A stretch of 64,000 bases of DNA, from contig SHLP01000004.1 of assembly GCA_004283055.1 (NCBI GenBank), forward strand, positions 29,362-93,361, in the 5' to 3' direction. The position numbers were made by a program, and so were the translations under genes. Positions 63,894-64,000 of the stretch are shown in pieces (position 1 is the stretch's first letter; each line of letters begins with the position of its first letter). Source of the DNA: Deltaproteobacteria bacterium. GTDB lineage: Bacteria > Myxococcota_A > Polyangia > Polyangiales > Houyiibacteriaceae. Under the pieces are notes generated by a model that had not been told where the DNA came from, searched no databases, and saw only the letters and a list, made by a program, of their open reading frames with translations.

Positions 63894-64000
63894 AGACCAG
63901 ACCTGCCGTGATCGCGAGACCCTCCACGTGATTTCCGTCGAGCCGCTGAATCATCGGCACCGCCGTGGTGAAATGCAGAAGAACCTTGTCGTGCGGCAAT
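63883..64000 (-). CDS. 3' end of an unidentified gene, possibly an outer-membrane protein (5' part outside window)
   Basis: My minus-strand translation gives ...LPHDKVLLHFTTAVPMIQRLDGNHVEGLAITAGLVYEI*. The alternating pattern near the C-terminus is weakly beta-barrel-like. Overlaps the next gene's start by 11 nt. Confidence 0.3.
   Translation of the reverse strand, partial: LPHDKVLLHFTTAVPMIQRLDGNHVEGLAITAGLVYEI

Noticed and set aside
1-64000. Search by eye for tRNA/rRNA genes, CRISPR arrays, IS elements/transposases, integrases and phage genes.
   Set aside because: Intergenic regions are all short, at most about 220 nt. None shows cloverleaf-like or repeat-spacer structure, and no ORF translation resembles a transposase or integrase. 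This is absence by inspection only; tRNAscan-SE, Infernal and ISfinder searches were not run.

Overview
High-GC bacterial chromosomal window, densely coding on both strands. I call about 57 CDS. I recognised no rRNA, tRNA, CRISPR array, IS element or prophage. All calls rest on reading the supplied ORF translations and the DNA by eye, using remembered motifs; no searches were run. Gene content points to a Myxococcota-like (deltaproteobacterial) organism: a DUF4388-type protein, a mevalonate pathway together with a bkd/esg-type branched-chain keto-acid dehydrogenase, an MXAN_0977-type di-haem peroxidase with an MbnP-like partner, and a GTTCAG-type LexA box. Left to right, the window contains the following. 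(1) hupS-hupL-hupC uptake [NiFe]-hydrogenase, minus strand, with hupC cut by the window edge. (2) gdhA. (3) A translationally coupled envelope operon: DUF4388 protein, Omp85-like barrel, DUF4390-like protein, orphan NtrY-like kinase, TlpA-like thioredoxin. (4) A Fic protein with a degenerate motif. (5) A minus-strand operon: OCD-like gene, FAM20-like secreted kinase, aguA, aguB, thiE. (6) A MAPEG gene. (7) The SOS mutagenesis cassette imuA-imuB-dnaE2, with a LexA box in the promoter spacer. (8) A TLC-like transporter fused to HEAT repeats, followed by a tandem cNMP-binding protein. (9) fpg, two Dpp/Opp-type permeases and a Cys-rich lipoprotein. (10) A lytic transglycosylase, a PP2C phosphatase and an SRPBCC protein. 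(11) ggt and gshB. (12) The mevalonate cluster: fni divergent from polyprenyl synthase, mvk, mvaD, pmk. (13) A roughly 10.4 kb ion-transport operon: TetR, CPA-like membrane protein, TrkA, TrkH, a 1505-aa CPA-antiporter::helical::P-loop/wHTH fusion, MscS. (14) lipA and bkd E1alpha/E1beta/E2. (15) mutY, an ABC-2 exporter pair, a metallophosphoesterase, serS and murB. (16) An outer-membrane-protein fragment, a lipoprotein, an MbnP-like protein and an MbnH-like protein. The most unusual item is the giant antiporter fused to a STAND/ATPase_2-like NTPase module, embedded in the overlapping-codon Trk/MscS operon. The next most unusual are the secreted FAM20-like kinase inside a polyamine operon and the TLC-HEAT/cNMP pair.
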